DNA from: Chrysomallon squamiferum
Taxonomy: Eukaryota > Animalia > Mollusca
Assembly (NCBI GenBank): GCA_012295275.1
Contig: CM022665.1
Coordinates: 32,426,001-32,490,000 of the forward strand
Direction: 5' to 3'
DNA: 64,000 nucleotides
A model generated the notes under the pieces. That model saw nothing but the letters and a program-made list of their open reading frames with translations. It made no database searches and was not told where the DNA came from. Positions 13,714-34,113 of the stretch are shown piece by piece. Made by a program: the position numbers and the translations under genes. Every line of letters begins with the position of its first letter. Position 1 is the stretch's first letter.

Positions 13714-15629
13714 TCAGTAAGATAATCCAAACTTGTAATCTAAGTATTCTTTGTTCGTGATAGGCTTGTAAATGTCGGAGTCATCCAAACATTTGACTAC
13801 AAAGTCGTCATCCGGATGAACAAAGAAAGCAATCGACTGACGACATTTCCGCTTTTTGTTTTCCTGTTCTGGAATTAAAACACGGTGTTTCTGCGAAAAT
13901 AGAAAATAATAGGGAAACAGTTTCATGGGATCAAACTTTAGCTGTATTGTTATGAAATGCTGAAATATTAGCCGTTATATTCTCTAGTATAGAAATATTA
14001 GCTGAAGTATTCTGTAATATTAAAATATTAGCTGTAATATTCTGAAATTCTGAAATATAAGTCGCAGTTATCTGTTATATTGAAATATTAGCCGTGTCAC
14101 TGTGTGATATTGAAATATTAAAATCTATTTCTACAGATCACCACTGTTAATTAAAATGGTTAAAACAGCATTGTGTACATTAGTTTTATTTCTACAACAG
14201 ATATTAACACGAAATATCAGTAAACCTTTCAAAACAGTATTAGGACAGTAAACTTACAGAATTTACAAAGCTTTATTCAATTCGGTGACAGTAAACTTAC
14301 AGTTATTTAGGTGCTGCGTTTAGAAGAATTCACAAAGCTTTAAGCAGTTCAATGACAGCAGACTTGTTCAACAAAAAGAAAAGCCGGATTAAACTGCATT
14401 GGTAATTTCCATGTACAATGTTATGACATGTTGAGTTTCCCGCTCTGTTCAGTACTACATGACTAATGTTTTTATTTGTAATGTTGTCGAAAGGAAAACA
14501 CGTATGAAATATAAATACATTTTCTACGTGTTGTGTCCTGTCACAATGTTATTTCGTTTCACTTTTCTACTTAGTTATCTGTAATATCTCTTTATCTGTG
14601 AAGCATTTATATAATGCATTTTTTTTACATTTATATTAGAGATGGTATGAAGAACACACCTAGCTACAAAATTGTAAAATAACTGACCGAAGATGTAATG
14701 GACTGTAAAATTACTTTAAAATATTAATAAAATAAAAGAAAAGAAAAAGTTTCTGTCGTATTTGGTTATATCAGTAGATTGTTCTCCTTTTTTTTTCTTT
14801 TCTTTTTGTCAGTGTTAGAAAATTCAAATATTTAAATATAAGTATTAAATATATATATCCAGTTGCCTGTCTAGGCTCTCTGTCATTATATCAATATACT
14901 TACGTATTTATCTATCATCTATCGATACACATACACAAACACGTGTTAACACGTGTTATTTTGTCTTTAAGAATATGTTAATATTCTGTTATCCCTGTGA
15001 TCTGTGATCATTGGTGATCTTCGTGTTAGCTGTAAATACCTAATAAGTATAATATTTACCGTAGCTTTAAGTCGGTCACTGGTCCATCGCTGCAGCAGGT
15101 CTCCAATGTTGACTAGCACGGCACCAGACAGAGGTTTAACATCAGTGTACACACCATGAGAATTCTGAACCTACACATTTAAAACTAACGTGTCAGTTAT
15201 CTCTTTACAAGTTATAATATGCTGGGGTAAAGCTTTGTGAAAATATATCTGGTTGTTAGTATATGTGCGTGTGTGTACCTGTGTATGCGTACGCGGTATT
15301 TTCTTGTTTATTATTTATTATTCTAATAATGGTTTTTTACGGGGTTTTTTGGAGGTTTTTTTATGATAAAACTTTTAACTACTTTAGGAAGCAGACCAAT
15401 TGTAAACTCTTTGCGTTAAATCCGCCTCATATTTAACATGTTTAGAAATGCCTTAGAAACTTGAACTATGTAGGATATTTCCAATTCCCATGTTTAGAAA
15501 TTACCTCTAATCCCCCGATATCGTCCTGAAACAATATGGTAAGTGTGCCGTAGTCTGAGTGTTCACCACACCGAATTTGACCAGGTGTCATTGCTAAATA
15601 ATGTTAGTAATAATGATAATAACAATAAC

Positions 15630-15681
<52 letters not shown>

Positions 15682-18029
15682 CTGAAAGATAATAAATATA
15701 AATAAATGAGAGTGTGGTAAAACACTTAACATTTATTATTGTTTTTGTTTAATCATGTATTTTCATAAATGATAATGTGTAAAATAATCGGAATAAAGTA
15801 ATTTATATTCCTGCGAAAGAATTCTAAATTCTTTTTTTTTTTTGTTCTGTTATTTTGTTGTTGTTGTTGTTGTTTGGGTTTTTAATACGTCATTTGGATA
15901 CTTAAGCTGCCATGTCTACCCTTCAGGATAGATTTTATTTTATAGACATAATAAAAGTAACAGATATACATAAACACATAACTACACAAATTCACAAACA
16001 AAGACTTACAACAATCGTCGGGTAAACAAGGATAAAAAAGGCTTCTCAAGGTAGAACTGCCTTTTCTTTTACCTATCTGTCTGTGGCAGTTGAAGAAAAA
16101 ATCTTTATCCTGGAAAATAATAAACGTAATTTAAAATTTATATATTTACTTTTTTTTTTTTCTTCTTCTTCTTTTTTTTTTTTTTTGTATTCACTGTAAT
16201 AAAGTTTATATCATCCGCAGAAAAGGGGACCACAGTTAATTCAATTAAAATAAAATAAAATAACGCAGTAAAAACCCACGTGAATCTGAATGAAATAAAA
16301 TTACCAGAAACATGAATAATATCAGAATAATTTAAGTTTCTAAATAAAAGAATTAATCCGGATCATAATACCCTCATTAATAAAATAGTTTTAAAGAGAT
16401 CTGTTTATTAAATTATTAATTTAATGCAGAATTTAATAAGCGATAAATATAACGATATATGATCGTTAACTATATTCATAAACTATTTAATGTGCATGAT
16501 CAGAGTGACATTTGATTGTTAAAATAGTATCTAAAATTCTTGTTATAATAATGAAAATATCTTAATATCAGTACACAAACTGACACCAGAGAGGACTGAA
16601 CCAACAACCTCTAATTTCAAACCGACAGACAGAAGATCCAGTATTCTGTAAGACAGAGACATACATGACTCTAGAAACTGTAAGAACTTGGGTTTCATTT
16701 CTGGTACTTCGTCATCAGGCCATAGCTTTAAAATAAAACATAAGTATTGCTGCGAAATTCGTACTGTTATTATTAATGGTTACTGGGTATCAAACATTCA
16801 GTTTTTTATAATGAGAATGGAAGATCAGAAATCAACAAACATCATACTATTAAATCTTGTGGTTCTTCCTATAAGCATATAATAAAAAAAAATGTATGGG
16901 AGCTCTGGTTGGAAATGAAAAATATTTTGTGGCGTCTTACGATGGTTTGTTCCCACATACATTGTTTGTCCGTTGCTAATCATCGACAAGCAATGATGAT
17001 AACATCAAATAAAAAATAAATAAATATATTAAAAAAACATTATTAAAAAAGAATAATAATACAATAAACCAAAATAGTTTATTAAGAGTGTATATTTTCA
17101 TGCAAATATTGTTCATGAACATTAAACACTGGCAAATATCTATTGTAAAATGATTAGCATATCAGTACTTTGGATCTGAAACAGTCATGTAATCACAGAA
17201 GTAATGAAACATGAGATATTCAATACTTACCAGTGACTCGCTCGACTGACAGTTAAAGGATTCCTTCAAATCCGCTGGCCTCTCCGGATTAAGTCTAAAA
17301 TGTGCACATTATAAATCATGATACATGATATATACAATGTTTTCTGATAATTACTTCACAATAAAACTGACATTTAAAATAATAATAATAATAATAATAG
17401 TAATAAAAGAAAATGCGAAGAGTTTTCTATTCTAGATAATAATGCATCATCATGTATACGGGTTCGATATTTAAATATTAAATCTGTAATATATCTAAGT
17501 AATTTATGCTTTTAAGTGGAAATAAATAAATAAATAACAATTCCATTACGAACTTTTCCCGTTCCAGGGCAGCCCATCCATGATTGCTGTTTGAAAGTCT
17601 TGCATATTTCAGCTTTGTGGTTGTCGTCTGCTCAAAGAACATTCTGGATACTTTGAAAACGCCATCTACCTAATTAAAATTGATTTTTTAAAGGAAAGAA
17701 AATAACAACAATTTCAACAATAATTTACAAATTTTAAAAAAATCGGCTTAACTTATTTCCTCTTTATAATGGATGGAGTAACAGAATTCAAGGTGGCAAC
17801 GGCCATTTGTACAATACTTTGGCATATTTCATACTGATAGTTGGTGTCAGTCATAAGTTTTCTTCCAGCAGTGATAATGAGAGAAGTCCTTAATTCTTAA
17901 ATATTTCTCCACGTGTTTTTTTTTTTATATATTTGTATATATATTGTGATGATATATGTATGTATTTATGCTGATAAGTTTTGTTGCTGTTGTTATTGTT
18001 GTTGTTTTATTTTGTTTAGGTTTTTGGGT

Positions 18030-18066
<37 letters not shown>

Positions 18067-19167
18067 AGGCGAATAAAAAATTTAAACTTTGAAAAAAAAA
18101 AAAAAAAAATGTATCTGTCAACTGGTTTTCTCTTTTATTACTACTGTTATTGCTGCTACTGCCGCTGTTATGGTAAGTGTTGAATAACATTTTTATCAGA
18201 AATCTCGGAGTTGTTGTTTTCGCTGTGTTCTGAAGGGCAAATGTTATCGAGAATCGTGACTGTTAACTAAAATAACACAATGCTTGTAAGTAATTGGATG
18301 TAAAGATAACTGTTGTCGTTAACGAACGCCACACACACACACACACACACACACGAAGCATTACATTAAACAGAACATAGCAATGACAATGCATTTTCTT
18401 TTTTCAAAATATAGATGATCTATAGGCCTATATATAGTACAGGTTAATATGAACTTTTTTTTTTTTTTTTTTTTTTTTTTTGATTTTGTTAGTGGCAGAT
18501 CTATAAGTAGATTTTTTTATAGGGGAACTTTTTATCTCAAGGATGGGCTGTTATTTTTGGGGTGTTGTTGTTGTTGTTTGTTTATTTTTAAAATTATTTC
18601 TATGATTCCTGAAATTATCAGTTTGACGCATAATATTATATACCGATAAGTTTTTCGTGCTGGAATATCGTTAAATATTCATTCATTCATAATATTATAT
18701 AGCGTGCGTAATTCATTACTTACTTTGTAAAGACTTGATTTTTTCAAATGTGAATTTAAAAAAAATAAAAAAAATAAAAAAAATTACTTCTGATAAAGTA
18801 AAGATGCATGCCGTGATCTTCGTGAATACATTTCAGTTAACGGAAAGTAATATTGTACAATGCAACCACAGTTTTGTCAAACCTTGAACTTTGAACTTTC
18901 CTTTTTGTTACGATTAAACGATTCTGCATAAGTTAAAATACGTTCACAATAACAAACATGCCCACACAATATTTAACGTTAAAAAATGTTTATTTCACAG
19001 AGTTCACTTACCGACGATTGTGGTATGCCATGATTAACAAGGTAGCAGAAGCCAATGGAACTGAACGCGCTAATTAACTGGGTCGCGGCGTTCTCCTTGT
19101 TAGTCAGAGTTAAACTACTGTCGTTCACAAGTAGGCCACATGAAGAAAAATCGACTGTAGGAATCAT
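13714..19167 (-). CDS. 2-oxoglutarate/Fe(II) dioxygenase (DIOX_N + 2OG-FeII_Oxy, IPNS-like family), ~309 aa. Exons 19167-19012, 17669-17554, 17294-17231, 16725-16609, 16109-16010, 15593-15505, 15170-15060, 13890-13714
   Basis: Motifs IPTVDFS..AFSSIGFCYLVNHGI, ERE-KLNPERPADLKESFN, HxD in GEHSDYGTLTILFQDDIGGLEV, VNIGDLLQRWTSDRLKAT-KHRV, and RxS in RQSIAFFVHPD. Exon phases sum to 930 nt. The exon 4 donor (gttgtt) is weak. Confidence 0.92.
13950..14120. repeat. 30-bp tandem repeat, ~6 degenerate copies, intronic
   Basis: (t/a)gaaatattag-like core at 13961, 13991, 14021, 14051, 14081 and 14111. Confidence 0.8.
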
Positions 19168-19219
19168 TACTAATAATATGGTCAGCTACACTGCTTGATA
19201 GATGACCACTAAATAATGA

Positions 19220-19380
19220 GCTGGATGGATGGAGAACTCTTTTTACGTGCCCACGTCCAATTCAAGGTTCGGGCACGCCTATCCCGGATCCGATCTCTGG
19301 GATCGCCAGGGATGGGTTCCGGGACAGGAGTTCAAAATAATGAGCTTTGAGGAAAGCATCGCCAATGGCTATGAAATAGA
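19220..19380. repeat. Probable short interspersed repeat fragment upstream of the dioxygenase start
   Basis: GC-rich island (acgtgccc..gggcacgc; atcccggatccgatctctgggat) with local palindromes in AT-rich DNA. Family not determined. Confidence 0.35.
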
Positions 19381-19503
19381 CTTTACCTAGACTGTATTAA
19401 TGATTATTTGATATTTTTATAATAAAATAAAAGACCAATATTGACAACCAATTTCAGACTCCTCTTATAATCGTCAACTCTCGGACACGAAACCTACGTG
19501 TGT

Positions 19504-19544
<41 letters not shown>

Positions 19545-19607
19545 TCTCTCTCTCTCTCATTTTCTTAATAATAATTATCAACTATTCTTAGATTGTTTTG
19601 ACACTTT

Positions 19608-19657
<50 letters not shown>

Positions 19658-20282
19658 TAATACTTTCATTTTATTTATTTGCGTTCTTTTCTGTTCTTTT
19701 ATATGTAGGTGGCTGTATTATTCCTTTTTATTATTTCAGTCATATTTAAAGATTAACTTAATATTATTTTAAAAATTACAATAATAAATAATAAAATTTA
19801 AAAAAAAAACAAACAAAAAAAAAAAAAAAAAACGTCATACTATTCACTGTTAGATACATTTATTAAAATTCAACATATCAAAATAACAATTATATTGTCA
19901 AATACAAATTATATTTCTAACAGTTATACATATATTTACAAATTTGAATCCGACTGTATTTTGACCACTGTGATTAGCAAAATGCTAATATATATATATT
20001 AAAATTGAGCAGTAAAAACCCATCAGTAATTATGAATCAATAATTGTATTTTATGAAAATGGATGAAATTTCAGTAATGTCGTTACTGATGATGTTGCTG
20101 GCATTGTTTTGTTGATGTTTTTGTTTTTGTTGTTGTTGTTTTGCTGCTGTTGTTGTTGTTATTATTATTATTATTTAAAGTATTTAAATTGTATTCTGTC
20201 AAAACAAAATTTAAATAATAATAGGCAGATAGTATACAGACCTGTACAACCCCACCCCGCTATCTGAGACATGATAAATAAT

Positions 20283-20330
<48 letters not shown>

Positions 20331-21264
20331 AAAGAGAGAGAGAGAGAGAAAAAAAAAAGATTAATAGAAACAACAAATGCAACATTATACAGTTACAAAC
20401 CAATATAAAAAAGCCAGTCATTCAATATTGCCATTGTTCTAACACACAAAAGTGTGTGTGTCTGGGTATGTGTGTGTGTGATATATCTGATATGCTTTAT
20501 TCTGGTATTTAAAACTGCAAAAAAACAAAACATAACAGCTATATTTAAGCTGATTTTTAGTCAACGTACTGCAAACTGAATTACGCACAGACAAGCTGAA
20601 AAAATATAACTAAATTCACAAACAAAATAAGCTAACGTGTATGTCAATGTATCAAGTGCAGAAGTTAGAATGGTAACAGCAGAGAACTGCTCAAACATGT
20701 CGTAAACCCAAAATTATACAAAGTCCAGAATGGTACTGTTGGATATGGAAGACACTGAATATCAGTGATGAAAACACTATTGAACATTAACAAATTCAAA
20801 CATTTTATAAATAAACAAAAATCAACTAAGACAAAATATTTTTTAAGAAGCAAAATAAGGACATGATGATTAACAAGATACCATAAATTGTATACAATAA
20901 TATTAGTTCATCGTTTCGAATATATATATATATATGTATATGTATACACACATAGTACTTTTATATTCTAAACTTATGCATTATGTACGTCACGGTACGA
21001 GATTACTGTCATACATTCATGCTTGGTTATTAAAGTGTCGCAAAAAAGCAAGTTATTGCAAGCTGTAACAAGCCGCGTCTTGCTGTTTTTAAAAAATAAT
21101 TATTTTTGTCTACCGCGTCTTCTTTATGTCGTGTCTGACAGGACTGAACTTTATTTACTCTCACGTTTCATTCGTGATCAGGAAGTAAGTAAACGATAAA
21201 TACATTTAAGTTAATGTTTGATTGGACATATTTTTCTTCAGGTAACAAATATTTCACTGTGCTT

Positions 21265-21330
21265 GCAGTCGGATCTGAACTCCCAATACCATCTCAAGTG
21301 TTCAGATAGACACATTAACGACTAAGTTAA
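21265..21330 (-). mobile_element. Degenerate tRNA-derived SINE head (tentative)
   Basis: Minus strand has A-box-like TAACTTAGTCGTT and B-box-like GGAGTTCAGATCC at tRNA-like spacing, with no intact cloverleaf. Confidence 0.3.
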
Positions 21331-22123
21331 AGTCACAGTCAAATAATTTAACTGTAGATGATTGTTCAGTCAGAAATATTAATGAAGAACTGAAAGTTAT
21401 CATGAATTAACATGATCGTGATAGCTTAAGATTTCAGATATAAATATTAATGACGTATATCTAGTATCCTGAATTAACCCAGTCGTGGCAACTCATGACT
21501 TTAGATGGAAATACTGATGACAGGTACCTAATTATGTTGAATTAACATAATTGTAGATATATGCTGAGTTTAGAATTATTAAGTACAAAAGCCATGCATT
21601 TACTTAATCGTTGATTACTTATGTCTTCAGTTAGAAGCTAAGTTGAAGTACCATTGATTGACATAATTATAGAAAAAGTATAAGTTGTATCTACACTTAG
21701 AAGTGTGAAGTATCTTTGATTAATAACTTAAAGAAAAACTTACAAGCCGTATCTTATTTTTGAAACATTAGTGAGTAAGTGTAAGGTAAAATTAATTACA
21801 TTAATAAGTATACTTGTTAAATCCTGTTGTTCTTTGGAATCAAGAATAAAATTAATAACTGCTCACACATAATTTTCAAGTCAAAAACATTAACGACAGA
21901 CTGCCAGTTACAATAATTAACTGTAGATAAGTAATAAATCAAAATTAACTATGAAACCGAAGAAAAATTACTATGAATTAACTTAATTATAAATAACTGT
22001 CGTCATGCCTTCTGTTAGATATATTAAGTAACAGTTATGTCAAATCTCAAGATGAAGAAATTTAAATGACGGTGATATTTTGTGAAAATTAGCCCCTTGT
22101 CTGCAACTCAAAACACAAGCCAT

Positions 22124-29708
<7,585 letters not shown>

Positions 29709-29837
29709 GGTCTAAAATTCGTGTAAACACGCCACGATCTATTAATACTTCTTAACTTTATCTCCCCGTTCCAGTCTGTGGCCGATTTATCGCCAAGTGC
29801 AAGACTCGGCCAGATATACTTTTACATGAGGCTTATT

Positions 29838-29960
29838 ACTTCCGCAACGCCACGTGACTCGGTAGAGAAATTATTCATAACAACACGGATGCTAAACGAA
29901 ATAAGAATGTAACGTCAGAACAGCGAAACTGATTTCGTTTTCCTAGTCATAATTTACTTC
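29838..29960 (-). promoter_or_regulatory. Candidate AIF1 proximal promoter motif cluster
   Basis: ETS core ACTTCCG 29838-29844, E-box CACGTG 29851-29856 overlapping AP-1-like TGACTC, GAAA/TTTC IRF-like half sites ~29925-29942, and ACTTCCT ~29956. All lie 130-250 bp upstream of the ATG. Motif matches only. Confidence 0.4.
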
Positions 29961-30530
29961 CTCTCTCTCTCTCTCTTACAACATATTTTTCAGTTTATCT
30001 CTCTAAGGAAGATTTTGACTTTCAGCATGTAAACTTAACTGTATGTGTCATGCTGTTTTCCTGTCCGATTACGCATCACTGAGAATATTTTGGATATGTG
30101 TTCATTTGTATTAATTGTTTCTTGTTATTGTTACTGTTGTTGTTTTTTTTGTTTGTTTTTTTTCCTTCGTTTTTTTTTTTTTTTTTTTGTTGTTGACTGG
30201 TTGCTTTGTTTTTCTGATATTTTTTTATTATTATTTTGTTTTGTATTGTGGGCGGTGGGCTGTAAATGTGTTTTTGAAATGATGTAGAGGAAAACAAATA
30301 ATCTCGTGAGTTTGGAAAGATGATCATTATAATTTAAAAAACGTGTTCATATCGAGGGGGTTAGGAAGTGAGCAGGGCTACACCTACAATAGAATTAGAG
30401 TTTAATACGACATAAATAAATACGACACGATAATAACATAAATGTTCCTGTTATTTCGATATTAATTCAAGTATATATCACGAAGAACAATAGCAACATC
30501 GTATTTGTATAATATACAACAGTAATAATG

Positions 30531-30562
<32 letters not shown>

Positions 30563-31185
30563 TGATTACAATGAACATAATCCGAAGAAGTGGATGAGTT
30601 CATGGTAAAGCCTATCTGTTATTTTGCTATAATTTAAATATTATTATGTTTTAATTAGTTAACTGAAACCATTACAATGAAATTAGTTACCAATGGAAAA
30701 TGTCCATCTAATTGTTTCGTAATAACCACTTAAACCTAAATGCATATTGCAGTTTGCTGACACCGAGCAGCGGAAATAATTCACGTAATCATATCGAGTT
30801 ATGTACCTTTATCTACTGTTTAACTGTCAATGCAAGACAAAGTAAGCATAACCGACATTATCAATATTATTACCAACACTTCTGGCAGGCTTTTCATATT
30901 AAATCCTTTGTTTGTTTATTTTCATTTTACTATTGTTGTTGTTGTTGTTATTATTATTATTATTATTACTATTCACCTGCTTATATTTCTGTATTCTATT
31001 TCGACTTATTTGACATTAATATATATATATATAAATTTAACGTACTGTAATCGTATATTTGTACTGACTTCCAACAGAGCTCATTGTCTGGTGTAACGTT
31101 ACAGCATCCATAATTTTCTTGCAATCTTCTAGCATATTAGCATGGATTAGGGAGGAGGGTTAGGCTCCTTAGTTCCTATGTGCAC

Positions 31186-31948
31186 TAGGGTTTGCAAATT
31201 ACCGATAATATCAATACCGACAGATATTCTCAATACCGGTTTTCACCCGTTTTAGTTAGTTTGTGCGTAGAAAAAGGTACTTACGGGGCTTTTGTGGACA
31301 CTGTTTTCTCCTACATACTCATTTTATTTATTATTTGACACTCATCTGACAACATTATTCATTATCCTCCTTTTTCTACCTGTCTTCAGAAAAAATAGTG
31401 AAATGAACCCTTATAGAACTTAAAATGGGTACAAAAGGTATATAAGAAATGTACATACAATAAAAAAAAACCAAGAAGAAATGTGGATGCGAATTTTATA
31501 GAAAGGAAACAAGGAAACTGTAACACTTACATTTATTATCCAAAATGTACATCATATGTTTTGCAGATTTTGAGAAGTTCTGATTCATTACTCGATACTC
31601 GAGAAGTATGACTTTAAAAAACACAAAAACATCTAGTGTCTTGGGCGACAATCGAGAAGCAGGAGCCAATCCCTTATCACTAGTCGCCAAAATGACTTAG
31701 GATCGCACACATGTCAGCAATCAAACAGGTAAACGTGGAACATTAAACAGACGAGCATCGATTTCGCATATGAAGGAATGCTAGCAACAACCGAGTAACT
31801 AACATAATCTTATGTTAACAACTAACATATCTCTCAACATAACTCATTAAAATTTAGAAAACCGGTATTGGTGCTTTGGTAACGGTATTACCCATCAATT
31901 ACTAAAACCGGTATTTACCGGTATTTAAACACCGGTTTTCAAACCCTA
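31186..31948. mobile_element. Non-autonomous hAT (Ac/Ds-like) element, 763 bp
   Basis: TIRs TAGGGTTTGCAAA / TTTTCAAACCCTA. 8-bp TSD ATGTGCAC (31178-31185) / ATGTGCAA (31949-31956). Multiple subterminal ACCG/ACCGGT motifs at both ends. Confidence 0.88.
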
Positions 31949-34113
31949 ATGTGCAACCATGATAGACTTATTTGATCTTTCAATATAATACATTTTAAAA
32001 TTTTGACCAAGTCACTGACAGTCTGAAATAGGAGGTCTGTTTATCGTGAGTGTACGAAATATATTCAGTGTTTGCAAAGTATGTTATTTCTTTACCTATA
32101 TTTAATATATTCTTTGCCTCTTAGATATAATTATCACTTGACATTATGCTTTTGTTGAAAACCCACTTTTTGTCGGTGAACTTTGTTTCTTAGGTGATAA
32201 TCCATTAAAACGACACAGCCATGATTTCAGAAAAAAATAAAGGAACACATAACTGAGAAATTTATATCAATCAATACGTAATCCTTCATCAAAACAATTC
32301 GAGTTACGTGGAAGTGCTATTTATGTTCATATCGGTTCTTTCTTTCTGTGAATGGGTGAGAAGAGAAGAGATGAACAAAAAATAAAAATAAATAAATAAA
32401 TAAATAATTCTTTGCACAAGTCTATACGATTCACCTTTACTGTCATACCAGAACTTACGTTAATTTTTCAGCAGTCAAAATAAATTCGCTGGTTGATGCT
32501 GAAAATAATATATGTTATTAGACAAATAAAGAAATTGTAAGTGTACTTCAATGTGTTAGTCTTGGTATTTTACTATTCACTGACCTTAAAATTTTAACTA
32601 TCTCTTTACTGTTGTAAAATTAAGTTATAATAAACTAATCTTCATCAATCATGACGGTGCATTGTTCATTTTCAATCAACTGAATTTAAAATAATATACA
32701 AATATTTATAGATCATAATTCGTACTTTATACCTACACAGCATACATTCAATTCTCAACATTAACATAGGGAAACAATTGGCATGGGGAAAAATTAAACT
32801 GTATTTCTCTCACTGATTAGCTAGTAAATGAAATGGATATATGATTATAATAAATTTAAAACTGAAACTTCCAGTGAAAGTGCAATAATGGTCATTTTAA
32901 GGTCCGTTTCGTTCTGATACGATAGATTTATGCAACACCGGTAAAATATATTTAGCTGTATAATGTTAGAGAAATATTTATCCTATAAGTTCTTGATTCT
33001 CTTTTCCATCTGTATATCTTAAATTAACATTTTATACGCTCTTCAAAGGCAAGCAGGCTGGGAAAACAAGAACGAGAACTCTGGTCGCGGTGACATACAC
33101 CGATCATTAATTTTCATACGCTACACTTACAAAAAGCATCTCCAAACAAAAACATATTAACGTTGAAAATCAGTCAAACTTGTACAGCACTTTCTTTCCA
33201 CAGTAACTTATTTTATTTTTAGAGGTAATTTGTTATCAGCAAATTAAGCAGGCATGAAGCTGTCTGATAATAATTTGTATTTTTTAGTTTGTATCAAGAA
33301 TGAAAGAACTATTGCAAGTGTAATATAATTATTATTATGGATGTAGATAATAAATGAACTTTTAAAGCACATGTGACATGATGATTTTCATCATTTGCAT
33401 TTTTCATTAATTTTAATATGGGGATTATAATATTTCTACTAAAATTGTATTAGACATGTAAATAAGTAAAGCTAATTTTTAATGTAGTGACTGCACAATT
33501 CTTTTATTTTTTATTTTTTTTGGTAAAAATATTTATTATTTATATTTTCCCATTTAGACAATTACTAAATGTAATAAATTTATATGTAGCATGATAAATG
33601 ATATATATATATTAAATTAAAATTTTATTGGTAAACATTTTTAATTAAAAATAATGATATAAATGTTGTTCAATTTATAATTGAAATAAATATTTAAATT
33701 CATGATATACGAGAAATTTCTATACTTGTTTATATTATTTTTTTCTTTATTTTTTGTTTTTTTTTAGATAATCTTAATATTTTTCAATTATATTTGCAGT
33801 TTGTTCTTTTTATTCTTATTGTTACTACTTGTTTTTTTAATATGAACAAATAATATGATAAATTCATTTTAGAAATAATAGAAAGATTATTAATGACACA
33901 CATATTGTGATTTTTGTTTAATGAAAATAATTTCTTTTGTCTTAATAGGTGAAACTGTATGGAAAAATCAAACAAAATGTGTTTAATACAACTGTAAATT
34001 GTAGTAAATCCTGATCTGATGAAAACTGAACTAAACTAAATTTTTAAATATATATATATATATATATTTTATTATTATTATTTTTTTTTTCAGATATAAA
34101 TACAGTTACCTGA

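Noticed and set aside
13950-14120. Regularly spaced repeats resembling a CRISPR array
   Set aside because: Head-to-tail 30-bp units without unique spacers, no cas genes, and located in a eukaryotic intron.
18645-18690. SINE-tail-like gtgctggaatatcgttaaatattcattcattcat
   Set aside because: Under 50 bp and recognised only from memory; insufficient to annotate.
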